Of a stretch of DNA of 64,000 bases, positions 10,468 through 21,800 are shown one piece after another (position 1 is the first letter of the stretch; every line of letters begins with the position of its first letter). Position numbers and translations under genes: made by a program. Origin of the DNA: Alphaproteobacteria bacterium (GTDB lineage Bacteria > Pseudomonadota > Alphaproteobacteria > JAJFIK01); NCBI GenBank assembly GCA_021774965.1, contig JAJFIL010000306.1, positions 10,741 to 74,740 of the forward strand, written 5' to 3'. The notes beneath the pieces were generated by a model that did no database searches, was not told where the DNA came from, and worked only from the letters and a program-made list of their open reading frames with translations.

Positions 10468-12471
10468 TTAAAGCCGAAGCAGGGCGCGCGCTTTGTCAGC
10501 GACTGCATCTGCAGTGATATTAAAATGGTGATAGAGTTCCTCAGCCGGGGCTGATGCGCCAAATCCGTTCATGCCGACAAATGCATCGGGATTTCTTGTG
10601 TATCTCTCCCAGCCCATTCCGGTTGCCGCTTCGACAGCGATGCGTGGTGCCTTGCCAAGCGTGGTGTTGCGATAGCTTTCGCTTTGTGCATCAAACAATT
10701 CCCAACACGGCATGGAGATGACAGCAGCCCGGACACCTTCTTCACCCAGCGCAATGGCCGCCTCAACGGCGAGGTGAACTTCGGACCCGGTGGCGATGAG
10801 GGTTACGTCTCTGACGCCCTGCGCCTCACGGATCACATACCCGCCCTTGGAAGTGAGGTTTTCTTCCTTGTGCGCCGTGCGCAAGGTAGGCAGTCCCTGA
10901 CGCGAAAGAGCCAACACGCTTGGTGTCGATGTTTCGGTCAATGCGCATTCCCATGCCTCGGCTGTTTCCACCGCATCTGCCGGGCGGAATACATGCATGT
11001 TTGGCAAGGCACGAAGGGTGGCGAGCGTTTCCACGGGCTGGTGGGTCGGGCCATCTTCGCCAAGTCCGATGGAATCATGGCTGAGGACGTAGATCACACG
11101 CTGCTGCATCAAGGCAGACAGGCGCATGGCCCCCAGCATGTAACCGGCAAAAACCAGAAACGTGCCGCCATAAGGAATAAAGCCCTTGTGCACCGCCATG
11201 CCGTTCATGATCGCGGCCATGGCGTGTTCGCGTACGCCGTAGTGAATATAACGTCCCGCAAAATCATCAGGCAGCACTGCGGCAAGCTCATCCGTCTTGG
11301 TGTTGTTGGAGCCTGTCAGGTCTGCGGACCCACCAATTGTATGTGCACAGACATCGTTCACCACTTCCAGTGCCATTTGAGAGGCCTTGCGAGTGGCGAC
11401 CTTTGGAGCAATGGAGGAGAGATCAGCCTTCAGCCTGTTGATACTGGCATGCAGTCCCTCAGGAACTTCGTCGCTCATGGCTTCAGTGAAGACAGCTTGG
11501 CTAGAGGAGTCTTCCAACCGCGCTTCCCAGGCTTTGCGCTCGCTGGTGCTGCGCAGGCCTGCCGCCCGCCACTGATCAAGAAGGGGGGCGGGAATTTCAA
11601 ACGGATCAGCGTTCCAGTTCATCGCAAGGCGCGCGCCTGCGATTTCGGCATCACCAAGGGGGGCGCCATGTACAGAGCTACTGCCTGCCTTGTTGGGTGC
11701 GCCTTTGCCGATGACAGTTTTCATGGCGATCAGAGAAGGCTGGCCGGTCATTTCCTTGGCAGCCACCATGGCCGCATCAATGGCGTCCATATCATGTCCG
11801 TCTACAGATTGAACATGCCATCCAGCGGCCCTGAAGCGGTCCAACTGGTTCATGGAAGTTGAAAGGTTGGTTGCCCCGTCGATGGTGATGGAATTATCAT
11901 CCCACAGAACAACCAGGCGCCCGAGCTTCATGTGTCCGGCAAAATCAATCGCTTCGTGGCTTACGCCTTCCATCAGGCAGCCATCTCCTGCCATGACCCA
12001 GGTGAAATGATCCACTAGGTCATCGCCGAAGCGTGCATTCAGCATTCTCTCGGTAAGGGCCATGCCCACTGCGCTGGAAAGACCCTGGCCAAGGGGGCCG
12101 GTTGTCATCTCAACACCTGCGGCATGGCCGTATTCAGGGTGACCCGCGGTGATCGCGCCAAGCTGGCGAAAGTTTCGCACCTGATCGATGGACATGTCCT
12201 CATAGCCCAGCAAGTAGTGAAGGGCGTATTGCAACATCGAGGCATGGCCAGCGGAAAGAACAAACCGGTCCCGGTCCGGCCAGTTGGGGTTGGTGGGATC
12301 GATTTTGATGTGCTTGGCAAACAGAACTGTTGCCGCATCCGCAAGGCCCATGGGCGCGCCGGGGTGTCCAGAATTGGCGGCCTGAACAGCATCCATTGCC
12401 AGAACACGAATGGCACTTGCCATTTCCTCATTGAGGCTGCCGCTCTCAGGTATCTTGGTCATCAACGTCAT
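10468..12471 (-). CDS. cbbT: Transketolase
   Basis: 667 aa. Motifs GHPGAPMG and GEDGPTHQP. Confidence 0.95.
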   Translation of the reverse strand: MTLMTKIPESGSLNEEMASAIRVLAMDAVQAANSGHPGAPMGLADAATVLFAKHIKIDPTNPNWPDRDRFVLSAGHASMLQYALHYLLGYEDMSIDQVRNFRQLGAITAGHPEYGHAAGVEMTTGPLGQGLSSAVGMALTERMLNARFGDDLVDHFTWVMAGDGCLMEGVSHEAIDFAGHMKLGRLVVLWDDNSITIDGATNLSTSMNQLDRFRAAGWHVQSVDGHDMDAIDAAMVAAKEMTGQPSLIAMKTVIGKGAPNKAGSSSVHGAPLGDAEIAGARLAMNWNADPFEIPAPLLDQWRAAGLRSTSERKAWEARLEDSSSQAVFTEAMSDEVPEGLHASINRLKADLSSIAPKVATRKASQMALEVVNDVCAHTIGGSADLTGSNNTKTDELAAVLPDDFAGRYIHYGVREHAMAAIMNGMAVHKGFIPYGGTFLVFAGYMLGAMRLSALMQQRVIYVLSHDSIGLGEDGPTHQPVETLATLRALPNMHVFRPADAVETAEAWECALTETSTPSVLALSRQGLPTLRTAHKEENLTSKGGYVIREAQGVRDVTLIATGSEVHLAVEAAIALGEEGVRAAVISMPCWELFDAQSESYRNTTLGKAPRIAVEAATGMGWERYTRNPDAFVGMNGFGASAPAEELYHHFNITADAVADKARALLRL

Positions 12472-12480
12472 TTGCCTTCC

Positions 12481-13353
12481 TCAGGTATGGCGCCGCTTGT
12501 TGGTCAGGCGCATGATGAGAGGGGTGAAAATCAACTGCATGGCGAGATCCATCTTGTCGCCGGGAATGACAATAGAATTGGCCCGGCTCATCCAGCTGTC
12601 GTGGATCATTGATGTGAGGTAAGGAAAATCGATCCCGCGCGGATTGGCAAAGCGGATCACCACCAGGGATTCGCCCGCAGTAGGTATCCACCGCGCAACG
12701 AACGGATTGGAGGTGTCCACCACGGGAACTCGCTGGAAGTTGATGTCTGTTTGGGTGAATTGCGGCGTGATGACATGCACATAATCATGCATGCGGCGCA
12801 GGATCACATCGGTAACAGCTTCGGTGGAATACCCCCGGTGGGATTTGTCACGGTGGATCTTCTGGATCCACTCAAGATTGACAACCGGAACCACGCCGAC
12901 TTTCAAATCAGCGTATTTCGCAATGTTGATGTCACCGTTTGCAACGGCCCCATGAAGCCCCTCGTAGAACAAGACGTCCGAGCCTTCCGCCAGGGGTGCC
13001 CATTCGGTGAAATTGCCGGGCGGCACTTCATAGCGCTCGGCCTCTTCATCGTTATGGACATAATGGCGTGTCTTGCCATTTCCGGTTTCACCGTACGTGC
13101 GGAACGTATTTTCCAGCTCGCCCAGGAGATTGGCCTCGATTGAGAAGTGGCTGAAGGAATGCTCTCCCGCATTCGTCCGGCGTTCCAGCTCGGCTTTCAT
13201 ATCTGCGCGGTTATAACGGTGAAAGGCATCCCCTTCGATCGACACGAAGTTGACGTCCTCCCGCCGGAAAATCTGATCAAACGTATGCTTGACCGTGCTC
13301 GTACCTGCACCGGATGAGCCTGTCACGGAGATGATGGGATGTTTGTCCGACAT
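12481..13353 (-). CDS. cbbP: Phosphoribulokinase
   Basis: 290 aa. P-loop VTGSSGAGTST, with bacterial PRK length and position in the cbb operon. Confidence 0.93.
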   Translation of the reverse strand: MSDKHPIISVTGSSGAGTSTVKHTFDQIFRREDVNFVSIEGDAFHRYNRADMKAELERRTNAGEHSFSHFSIEANLLGELENTFRTYGETGNGKTRHYVHNDEEAERYEVPPGNFTEWAPLAEGSDVLFYEGLHGAVANGDINIAKYADLKVGVVPVVNLEWIQKIHRDKSHRGYSTEAVTDVILRRMHDYVHVITPQFTQTDINFQRVPVVDTSNPFVARWIPTAGESLVVIRFANPRGIDFPYLTSMIHDSWMSRANSIVIPGDKMDLAMQLIFTPLIMRLTNKRRHT

Positions 13354-13368
13354 GGGCTTGGCTCCTTC

Positions 13369-14415
13369 CTAGCTGAACAGGCCGCGTTGATTGAACAGTG
13401 GTGCGCGGGCTTCATGGAGTTCGGGGTTGGCGTGATATTCCCCAACCAGGCGCACCAGATCAGATGAGCCGAAAACCAACGGCGTGCGCGCATGAATGGA
13501 TTGGGGCGTTTTGTCGAGAATGCGAACCTTGCCATCGGTTGCTTCGCCGCCGGCCTGTTCCGTCAACATGGCCATGGCGGCGGCTTCATAAAGCAGACGA
13601 AGCCGACCTTGATCGTATCCCTTGCGATCATCGCCGGGATAAAGAAACACGCCGCCGCGAGATAGAATGCGTGTTGCTTCTGCGACCAGAGAGGCGACCC
13701 ACCGCATATTGAAGTTTTTGCCCATGGGGCCGTCTTCACCGGCGCAGAAATCATCAATCAAATATTTGACAGGTGCTGCCCAGTGCCGGTCATTCGATGC
13801 ATTAATGGCATATTCAAATGCCATGACAGGAATGCGCGTCTCGGGAATCGCCAGCTCAAAAGTCTCTGTGGCTGGATTTAGAACATACTGCTCAACCCCA
13901 TCACCCGCCGTAATCAGCAAAGCTGTTTGTGGTCCGTAGACGAAACAGCCCGCAGCAATTTGCTCGTCCCCAGGGCGCATGAAAGAGCCTTCCGGATCAT
14001 CCTTGACGGTCTGAAAGATAGAGAAGATTGTTCCAACCGAAACATTGGTGTCGATGTTGGAAGAGCCATCAAGCGGATCTACCGCGAGGCTGATGGGGGC
14101 GCTGGCCTCAAACGTGCTGATGTCGTCGCGCTCTTCAGAAACATAATAGGCAACAGGAGCCTTGCGCAGGTTGGTGACCACAATATCGTCCGCTTGCACG
14201 TCCAGCGCTTTTTGCTCGTCACCATCCGTATTCTCAGTGCCCACGGCCTTGCCCAAAGCACCGGCGAGGGGGCCCATCGCACACAGGCCAGAAATATCTA
14301 CGGCCGCCGTCGCCAGGGCCTCAACAGTCTGCATCAGTGCCAGCCGCAGCCGGTCATCGGGGATATTCTGCGCAAATCGGTCAGATAGTCGGATTGCCAT
14401 TACTTTGGACCCCAT
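13369..14415 (-). CDS. cbbF: Class 1 fructose-1,6-/sedoheptulose-1,7-bisphosphatase
   Basis: DPLDGSSNID metal-binding motif. First gene of the cbb operon. An alternative start is MAIRL at 14400. Confidence 0.9.
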   Translation of the reverse strand: MGSKVMAIRLSDRFAQNIPDDRLRLALMQTVEALATAAVDISGLCAMGPLAGALGKAVGTENTDGDEQKALDVQADDIVVTNLRKAPVAYYVSEERDDISTFEASAPISLAVDPLDGSSNIDTNVSVGTIFSIFQTVKDDPEGSFMRPGDEQIAAGCFVYGPQTALLITAGDGVEQYVLNPATETFELAIPETRIPVMAFEYAINASNDRHWAAPVKYLIDDFCAGEDGPMGKNFNMRWVASLVAEATRILSRGGVFLYPGDDRKGYDQGRLRLLYEAAAMAMLTEQAGGEATDGKVRILDKTPQSIHARTPLVFGSSDLVRLVGEYHANPELHEARAPLFNQRGLFS

Positions 14416-14542
14416 TTCTGCCCGCAGCCCTTTAAGGGCTGTTTTCCGGGCTGCTGCCGTGAAGCAGCGGTGAACACAATTAGTGGCTGGATACCAATCA
14501 AAAGAAAATTGAATTTTTTCTTCTTTATGATAAAATAAATTT
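14416..14542. promoter_or_regulatory. Divergent cbbR / cbbF control region with candidate LysR (CbbR) sites
   Basis: Contains the palindrome CAGCCC-TTTAA-GGGCTG (about 14425-14441). Also contains an AT-rich TCAA-N7-TTGA dyad (about 14498-14512) just upstream of cbbR. LysR-type regulators typically bind such T-N11-A-like dyads in divergent regions. Confidence 0.5.
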
Positions 14543-15472
14543 ATGCCACAGCGAAAAACCGTTACACTTAAGCAGCTTAGATCTCTCTCAACAGTGCTGA
14601 GAGTGGGCTCTATTGCCGCAGCCTCTGAGGAACTCTTTCTGACGGCCCCGGCGGTCTCAACTCAGCTCAAAACACTGGAAGGGCTCATAGGAGCCAAGTT
14701 GATTGAGCGGGATGGGGCCGGGATGCACCCAACGGCCTGCGGGATGGAACTTCGAGATCTCTATGATCGCATCGATTCGCTGATGGTGACATCGATGGAT
14801 CGCATCAAGGCTCTGAAATCTGGCAAGGCGGGCACAGTCGGTGTGGCGGTGGTCAGCACGGGCAAATATTTTGCACCCATGATCATGGCGGCCTTTATGG
14901 AAGCTTATGCTGACATTGAGCTGCGGCTTTTTATCGGCAACCGGGACGAAGTCATCAAGGCGCTGAAAAACCGGTCTGTCGACATGGCGATTATGGGGCG
15001 GCCTCCGGAAGATCGCGTCACGCTGGAAACCGACTATCTCGGCGAACATCCCCACATCATCATCGCCCCGCCCGATCATCCACTTTGCGCCTACAGCACA
15101 ACTCCGGCCGCAAAGCTTTTGGCACAGACATTTTTGATGCGGGAAGAGGGCTCGGGCACGCGAACCCTCGCCCAGCGGTTCCTCGATCAGTATGGCGGCG
15201 GACGGGCTTATAAATCGATTGAGATGGGAACCAATGAATCCATCAAGCAGGCTGTCATCGCTGGGCTTGGCCTTGCCATGATCTCGAAACACACAGTTCT
15301 GGCAGAGCTTGAGGCTGGGCGTTTGGTGGCCCTAAAAGCGCCGGGCCTGCCGATCATGCGAAAGTGGATATTGGTGCGCCCTTCAGGCGAGCCCATTGCG
15401 GCAGCTGCGGAAAGCTTTAAGGCCTTCCTTGTTCAAAATCGCGGCCGCCTCATTCCCCATGAGGTGGACTAG
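14543..15472 (+). CDS. cbbR: LysR-family transcriptional regulator of the cbb operon
   Basis: 309 aa. N-terminal wHTH LRSLSTVLRVGSIAAASEELFLTAPAVSTQLKTLE, and divergent from cbbF. Confidence 0.85.
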   Translation: MPQRKTVTLKQLRSLSTVLRVGSIAAASEELFLTAPAVSTQLKTLEGLIGAKLIERDGAGMHPTACGMELRDLYDRIDSLMVTSMDRIKALKSGKAGTVGVAVVSTGKYFAPMIMAAFMEAYADIELRLFIGNRDEVIKALKNRSVDMAIMGRPPEDRVTLETDYLGEHPHIIIAPPDHPLCAYSTTPAAKLLAQTFLMREEGSGTRTLAQRFLDQYGGGRAYKSIEMGTNESIKQAVIAGLGLAMISKHTVLAELEAGRLVALKAPGLPIMRKWILVRPSGEPIAAAAESFKAFLVQNRGRLIPHEVD

Positions 15473-15481
15473 AATTGTATG

Positions 15482-16324
15482 CTAGTCGTCGGTTTTGTGC
15501 TGATTGATGGGGTAGTTTCCTACCTTTTTCCGCAAGGGCTGAAACAACATACGGTCAAGCCACAGCTCCCGAGGCTCGCGGAACTGATCAATCCCGATGG
15601 TCATGCCTTCGTGCCCCTCGCAAGGTTGGGCACGGTAGGTTCCAAAGAGCCGGTCCCACCACGGAACGTTAAATCCATAATTGCTGTTGGCCTCATCTGG
15701 AATAACCGAATGATGAACCCGGTGCATATCCGGGGTCACCACAAACAATCGCAATAGCCGGTCCAAGCCCAATGGTATGCGCACATTGCTGTGGTTGAAC
15801 ATGGCCGTTCCGTTTAGCACGATCTCGAACACCAAAACCGCAATGGCCGATGGGCCCAGGGCCGCAACAACCATCAGCTTGATGATCATGGACAAGATGA
15901 TCTCGACAGGGTGGAATCGAGCACCAGTGGTAACATCGAAATCAAGGTCCGCGTGATGCATGCGGTGCAAGCGCCAAAACAGAGGCACTGCATGAAACAG
16001 GACGTGTTGAAGGTAGATCGAAAAATCCAGGATCAAAACAGCCACAACGAATTCCTGCCAGCCAAGCAGATCTAGCTGATTGAGTAGCCCCCAGCTGTTT
16101 TCCTCGGCGAACAGGGCCAGGCCCACTGCTGCTGTTGGGATCACAACACGCAGAACGGCGGTGTTGAGAAAAACGATGCCGAGGTTATTCGTCCATCTTA
16201 TGCGCCGCGAAACTGAGAGATCCCGCCGCGGTGCGAACACTTCCCAAAGCGCCATGATGGCGAAGATCCCCAGGAAAAAAGCCAGACGAACATTAGGCTC
16301 ATTGGCAAGAAGGAAATCTTCCAT
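15482..16324 (-). CDS. Sterol desaturase / fatty acid hydroxylase superfamily membrane protein
   Basis: 280 aa. Histidine boxes LQHVLFH, HRMHHAD and HRVHHS, with several hydrophobic helices. Confidence 0.75.
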   Translation of the reverse strand: MEDFLLANEPNVRLAFFLGIFAIMALWEVFAPRRDLSVSRRIRWTNNLGIVFLNTAVLRVVIPTAAVGLALFAEENSWGLLNQLDLLGWQEFVVAVLILDFSIYLQHVLFHAVPLFWRLHRMHHADLDFDVTTGARFHPVEIILSMIIKLMVVAALGPSAIAVLVFEIVLNGTAMFNHSNVRIPLGLDRLLRLFVVTPDMHRVHHSVIPDEANSNYGFNVPWWDRLFGTYRAQPCEGHEGMTIGIDQFREPRELWLDRMLFQPLRKKVGNYPINQHKTDD

Positions 16325-16583
16325 AGGGGCAATCCGATTTGTGAACTGAGATAATACGAAGATTGTCTCTCGGCGGTATCATCCGGTCGGTTATCGCTGT
16401 GATACCCTTGTACAACGAAAAAACCGACCGAATAATTTGACTAGCATCCCTGCCTGCTGTGGGGCTCATCCGGAAGCTCCCGAAGGAGGCTCCCGGCTGA
16501 TGCCACTCTGGCAATCCACCCTTATGCAGATGGACTTTCCCCGCCATGGCAGGCGATCTACGCCCAAGGCCAAATGGTTGGGC

Positions 16584-17003
16584 TTACTCGACCCGTGGCC
16601 ATTCTTCTGAACGACAGATCAAGCCGCCGACAACACAGCCGGACATACGGATTTCGTTTTCCGAAAGGATCGTGACACGACCGGCATATTCATTCCCGTC
16701 TTCAGGATTGTACATGCGACCACGCCATTGATCGTCACTGTGCTTTTCAAGGTCAAAGAGCATTTGAATGCCAACAACGCTTTCGCCGGTGTTGTCATCA
16801 ACGCCCTCGCCAGAAATGATCTCACCGCAAAGGTAGTCGCCGCACATGGCGAATTCCACGACCCAGCCTTGGTTCGTGCGATTCCACGAACCCAGTGCCT
16901 GGTCTGTAACATCCTGGGCAAACGCAGGTGTTACAACAGATGCAGCAAGAAGGCCTGCTCCAGCCAACACGCCAAGTTTACTTACTTTAGTCAGTAGATT
17001 CAT
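16584..17003 (-). CDS. Secreted DUF2147-like protein
   Basis: I prefer the start at MNLLTKVSKLGVLAGAGLLAASVVTPAFA, a Sec signal peptide. The track ORF's longer N-terminal extension would overlap the upstream gene. Confidence 0.6.
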   Translation of the reverse strand: MNLLTKVSKLGVLAGAGLLAASVVTPAFAQDVTDQALGSWNRTNQGWVVEFAMCGDYLCGEIISGEGVDDNTGESVVGIQMLFDLEKHSDDQWRGRMYNPEDGNEYAGRVTILSENEIRMSGCVVGGLICRSEEWPRVE

Positions 17004-17098
17004 CTGACCCTCCTTTAGATGAATGTGGCCGGTCGTTACCAATTTTTTTATACCGCTACCCTCGACCGAATTGAGTAACGTTAGATAAGACACCTTGC

Positions 17099-18049
17099 TC
17101 ATGCACGTTCCCGCCCATAGTAAAGCGTGACCACGTGCTGAGCTTCTGCAAAAAACAACCATCGCTCTGTGGCAATACCAATACCAGTGGATAACGCAGC
17201 TGGTATCAGCCACAGCAAGGGCGATACAGCATCCAGATTCAGTGCCGCAACCAAGGCGGTTCCAGGGACAATGAATCCCAGTGCGATCGCAATTCGCCGC
17301 AGTTTACTCGCATGTTTGCGCGCAATTTGAAAACCCATTTCCTCGAGCAAATAATTACTCTCAGTATGCGGACCTTCGATTAAACGAACAGTACCGTAGG
17401 AAGCAAGTCCCGTTGCCGTTCCTGATGTTGACCGCGACGGCTCTGATATTCGCGATCTCCAATAGGCTGCCTTTAGGGCCAAGCCAAGGCTAACGAAAAT
17501 CAATGCGTTCGCCAGCACTTTCTCGAGGCCCGGAAAACCCCAGGCCGCAAACAGAAGCGCCATTAAAACAGCGCCAGTGGCAAAGCTCAATACAAGATAG
17601 CCCTGCACCACCCAGCGATTATTCCATGCGGGAATTGACTTGAGCGAGGCATAAATCATTGCAGTGCAAAAAACTGTCACTGTGCTCATGAGGGCGCCAA
17701 TAAGGCCGATCCATCCAGCCAGTCCCTGATTTTCTCCGAAGAACACCCACGAAAGGGCGAAAAAGCCAGTTGGGATAAATGTCAGTATGGCGATTAAACC
17801 TTCCCGCGATAGCCAGGACGAGCGCCACTGGCTGAGCGCACGCCACGCGCGCTTGGGGTGGCCCAAATGCAATGTGGAGGAAAGAAGCCCGCTTCCCACC
17901 AGGAAAAAGGCCAGCCCGAAAGCAAGAAGCCCAAACATTTGATCCGCCGGCAAGAAATCCATCCAGGCAAATGCCGCAAGCCAAAACAATAGCCCGTATC
18001 CCGCACCAGTGGCGGTGGTAAAATATATGACGGACTTTGCTGGATGCAC
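17099..18049 (-). CDS. soeC: Membrane anchor subunit (DmsC/NrfD-PsrC-like) of a cytoplasm-facing molybdoenzyme; SoeC-like
   Basis: 316 aa and polytopic hydrophobic. It immediately follows the FeS subunit gene. Confidence 0.7.
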   Translation of the reverse strand: MHPAKSVIYFTTATGAGYGLLFWLAAFAWMDFLPADQMFGLLAFGLAFFLVGSGLLSSTLHLGHPKRAWRALSQWRSSWLSREGLIAILTFIPTGFFALSWVFFGENQGLAGWIGLIGALMSTVTVFCTAMIYASLKSIPAWNNRWVVQGYLVLSFATGAVLMALLFAAWGFPGLEKVLANALIFVSLGLALKAAYWRSRISEPSRSTSGTATGLASYGTVRLIEGPHTESNYLLEEMGFQIARKHASKLRRIAIALGFIVPGTALVAALNLDAVSPLLWLIPAALSTGIGIATERWLFFAEAQHVVTLYYGRERA

Positions 18050-18063
18050 CGTTTGGACCTTTC

Positions 18064-18819
18064 TTATTCTGACAAGATGCGATCAACCCAACGCGCCAAA
18101 AGGCCTGCGCCGTTCGGTTGATCATCTTTGTGTTGCAACATACGTGGTGATGCCGCGGCCATTTCAGGCCCGCGTGCACGTGGTGGAAGATATCGGTTCA
18201 CCGGCTTGGTGCCTTGCTCTGGCATAAGTGCATACCCCTCACGGGCGGCCACCAGTTTTGAGACATCCGAGTTTGGGTCGCCCAGATCGCCAAAGTGCCG
18301 CGCACCGGGGGGGCAGGTGGAGACGCAAGCAGGAACGCGAGATTCTTCCGGCAGCTCCTTGTTATAGATGCGATCAACACAGAGCGTACACTTCTTCATA
18401 ACGCCTTCGTCTTCGTCAAACTCGCGCGCTCCATACGGGCAAGCCCAGGAGCAAAGTTTGCAGCCGATACAGGTTTCGGCATTGACGAGAACAATGCCAT
18501 CTTCTTCACGTTTGTAGGAAGCGCCTGTCGGACAAACGGTCACGCACGGTGCATCCTCGCAGTGAAGACAAGATTTTGGAAAATGAACTGTACGGCTTGT
18601 CCCGGTTTCAGCACTGACTGCCTCGAACGTATGAATGCGATTGAACCACACACCTTTGGGCTTTGCCCCATAAGGATCAAGGTCGGTAAGGGGTGCGCTG
18701 TGACCGCTGGTGTTCCACTCCTTGCAATTGACCGCACAGGCGTGACAGCCCACGCAAATATCCAGATCAATAACGAGACCAAGTTTCTTGGTTGTTGGGC
18801 TTGTAGGCAGTTGGGTCAT
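18064..18819 (-). CDS. soeB: 4Fe-4S dicluster subunit (DmsB family); SoeB-like
   Basis: 251 aa. Motifs CVGCHACAVNC and CIGCKLCSWACP plus further Cys groups. The start overlaps the soeA stop (ATGA). Confidence 0.8.
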   Translation of the reverse strand: MTQLPTSPTTKKLGLVIDLDICVGCHACAVNCKEWNTSGHSAPLTDLDPYGAKPKGVWFNRIHTFEAVSAETGTSRTVHFPKSCLHCEDAPCVTVCPTGASYKREEDGIVLVNAETCIGCKLCSWACPYGAREFDEDEGVMKKCTLCVDRIYNKELPEESRVPACVSTCPPGARHFGDLGDPNSDVSKLVAAREGYALMPEQGTKPVNRYLPPRARGPEMAAASPRMLQHKDDQPNGAGLLARWVDRILSE

Positions 18820-21800
18820 TTGGAAGAACTACCCTTATTGCCTGTTTTGGTGCTGCCCTTTCTACTGCCTCTGGCGCTTACCCTGGAGCTGTCTTTGCCG
18901 GTCGTCTGATTGCCTCGGCCATCCGCAACCCCGGGCACAGTTTTGGAAATCACATGGCGATGAGCGATCCAGTCCTTTGCGGGAACCATGCCGCCGGTCG
19001 CCTCGGCGGTAAGATCCTTGCCATACCGTAAGGCATCTACCTGAGCTGGAGCATTTGGAATTTTCTGAATGGCTTCAAGAGCAGGCTCGGTTTCACCCGC
19101 TTCATGGGGCAGGCATTTTTCAACACGAACGCGAAGGTCAAACCACGCCGCCTGGCCTGTGACCGGATCAGAGTTTGAAAAGCGCGCACCATCTTTGCGA
19201 GGGGGCAGCAATTCATCGATCAGGTGATTGAGCAGGAACCCGCGTTTGCTTTCCGGGGCATCTTTAGTAAGCCCCCACGTGCCTTTGCGTTTCCCAATGG
19301 CATTCCATGTCCAAACCGTATTGGGGTTTACACCCTCAACAAGGCGCACCTGAGCTTTCACCCGCCCGATGCGGCTTTCAATCCAGACCCAATCATCGTC
19401 CGCAATACCTTGGGCCGTTGCGGTGCCCGTATGCATATGAAGCCGGTTGGCTGCCGTGATCTGGCGAAGCCAGGCGTTCTGCGATCCCCACGAATGATAC
19501 ATGTGCATAGGGCGCTGGGTCAGCGCATGAAGCGGAAATTCATCTACGCCTTCAGCCTTATCCTCAAAAGGGGCATACCAAATCGGTAAAGGGTCGAAAT
19601 AGGTATCCACGCGTGTCTTGTAACGCTCCGGAGGCTGATGATCTCCGTGGCCCTGGGCTGCGAGGCGAAATTTCTGCAAGGTCTCGGAATAAAGCTGAAA
19701 CACAATTGGCTTGGCCTCTGCCATCCAGCCCATCTTGGTGGCATATTCTAAATAAGCTTGGTTTGCGTGTTTGAAATATTGTTGATCGTCCGGCAGCGTA
19801 TAAGACCAGAACGCACCGTTTTCGATATAGTGATCAAGCTGATTGGGGTTGGGACTTCCGCGGCCTTGTTCGGTCCCGTCTGCCCCGCGCCATCCGGCAA
19901 GAGGCCCCAAGCCCGGCGCGCGTTCATGATGGGTGATGTAATCTGAATAGCCGCCGGGGTAGGTGGGGGAGCCATCCTCATTCGCAAGACCGGGCAAACC
20001 CAGTCGCGCGCCAAGATCAATCAACACATCCTGAAAAGGCCGCACGTCACGATCTGGTTTTACAACGGGATGACGGATCGCATCAGCGGGGCCATGGGCG
20101 CTTGAGATTGGCCGATCAAGAAGCGAGATACAGTCCCAGCGCTCAAGGTAAGTTGTGTCTGGTAGGACAAGATCAGCATAGGCCACCATTTCCGAATGGA
20201 ACGCATCGGAATAGATAATCTTTGGGATTTTGTATTCGCCGTCTTCGTTCTTGTCTGTCAGGTATTTAATCGTGCCAGAAATGTTCATGGAAGAATTCCA
20301 GGCCATATTGGCCATGTACATGAACAAGACATCAACAGTCTGCGGATCTCCTGCCCAGGCGTTTTGCAACACCATGTGCATCAATCCGTGGGCGGATAAT
20401 GGATATTCCCATGAATAGGCTTTGTCGATGCGAAGCGGCTCACCTACCTCATCAACGATCAGGTCTTCGGGTCCTTCTGGTGTGCCCAGCGGCATGCCGG
20501 CAAGGGGTTTGCCGGGCTCACAAACTTTGCCCGCAGGCTTTGGCCCGGATGGAATAGGTTTGGGGAAGGGAGACTTGTTCCGCCACCCCCCCGGCACATC
20601 GACCGACCCCAGCAGGGCTTGAAGAATATGAAGCGCACGGCAGGTATGAAAACCGTTTGAGTGGGCAGAGATACCGCGCATGGCATGAAATGAAACCGGT
20701 CGCCCGATCATTTTCTCATGCTTCCGCCCCCAGGCATCGGTCCATGGGGTATCTATTACAATCTCATGCTCAAAGGCAGCTTCTGCAATTTCCGCGGCAA
20801 TGCGCCGAATGGTATCGGCAGAGATACCGGTCTGATCTGCCACGCGATCCGGCGCATATTCATCCGCCATATAACGGCGGGCCAAAAGCTCAAAGGAAGG
20901 CACTGCCTTGCGGCCATCGGGAAGGGTGCGTGTTCCAGCGAAGGCGGGCTTGAGCTCTGCTTCATTGGCGCTTGTTAGTGCGCCCTTGGAAAGATCAAAG
21001 CATAAAGGGTTGCCATCTTCATCGCGCGCAAACAGGCCATCATCCGCTGCGCCTTCATCCTGGATCACCAACCAAGGCGCGTTGGAATATCGCGCGAGGG
21101 AGGCAAAATCGACCTTCTCGGCTTTAAGGAGCTCATGGATCAGGGAGAAGATGAAGAGACCGTCTGTGCCGGGACGAATACCAACCCACTCGTCTGCGAC
21201 GGCGGAATATCCAGTGCGACAGGGATTGACCGAAACGAACTTAGTGTCGTTCCGTGTTTTCAGGCGGCCGATGCCGGCCTTGATAGGGTTTGAGTCATGA
21301 TCCTCGGCGACACCAAACATCATGAAATAGCGCGTCAGATCCCAGTCAGGATCGCCAAACTCCCAGAAGGCGCTGCCAAGTGTATAGAGACCTCCAGCGG
21401 CCATGTTGACGGAACAAAACCCACCATGGGCCGCGAAGTTTCGCGTGCCGTATTGCTTGGCCCACCAACCGGTCATGGATTGGCTTTGGTCTCGCCCTGT
21501 AAAGAAAGCAAGGCGGGCGGGGTCTTTCGCGCGGGTCTCGCCAAGCCACTTGGTGGCGAGATCCAACGCTTCATCCCATTCGATTTCCTTGAATTCGCCC
21601 TTCCCGCGGTCGCCGACCCGCAGAAGCGGTTTCTGGAGGCGAGCGGGGGAATACTGGTTCATGATCCCGGCTGAGCCCTTGGCGCACAGAACGCCCTTGT
21701 TGATCGGGTGATCGGGATTGCCTTCGATGTAGCGGACGCGCCCATTCTTCAGGTGTACCTTGATGCCGCAGCGGCAGGCACACATGTAGCAAGTCGTCGT

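Noticed and set aside
10684-11862. 392-aa ORF on the plus strand
   Set aside because: It is entirely antisense to the strongly supported transketolase gene. The composition is low-complexity and Arg/Gly/His-rich, typical of shadow ORFs in GC-rich DNA, with no recognisable motif.
16584-17213. Long 209-aa version of the DUF2147-like ORF
   Set aside because: The extension would overlap the 3' end of the soeC-like gene and lacks coding character. An internal Met gives a textbook Sec signal peptide, so I prefer the shorter gene (16584-17003).
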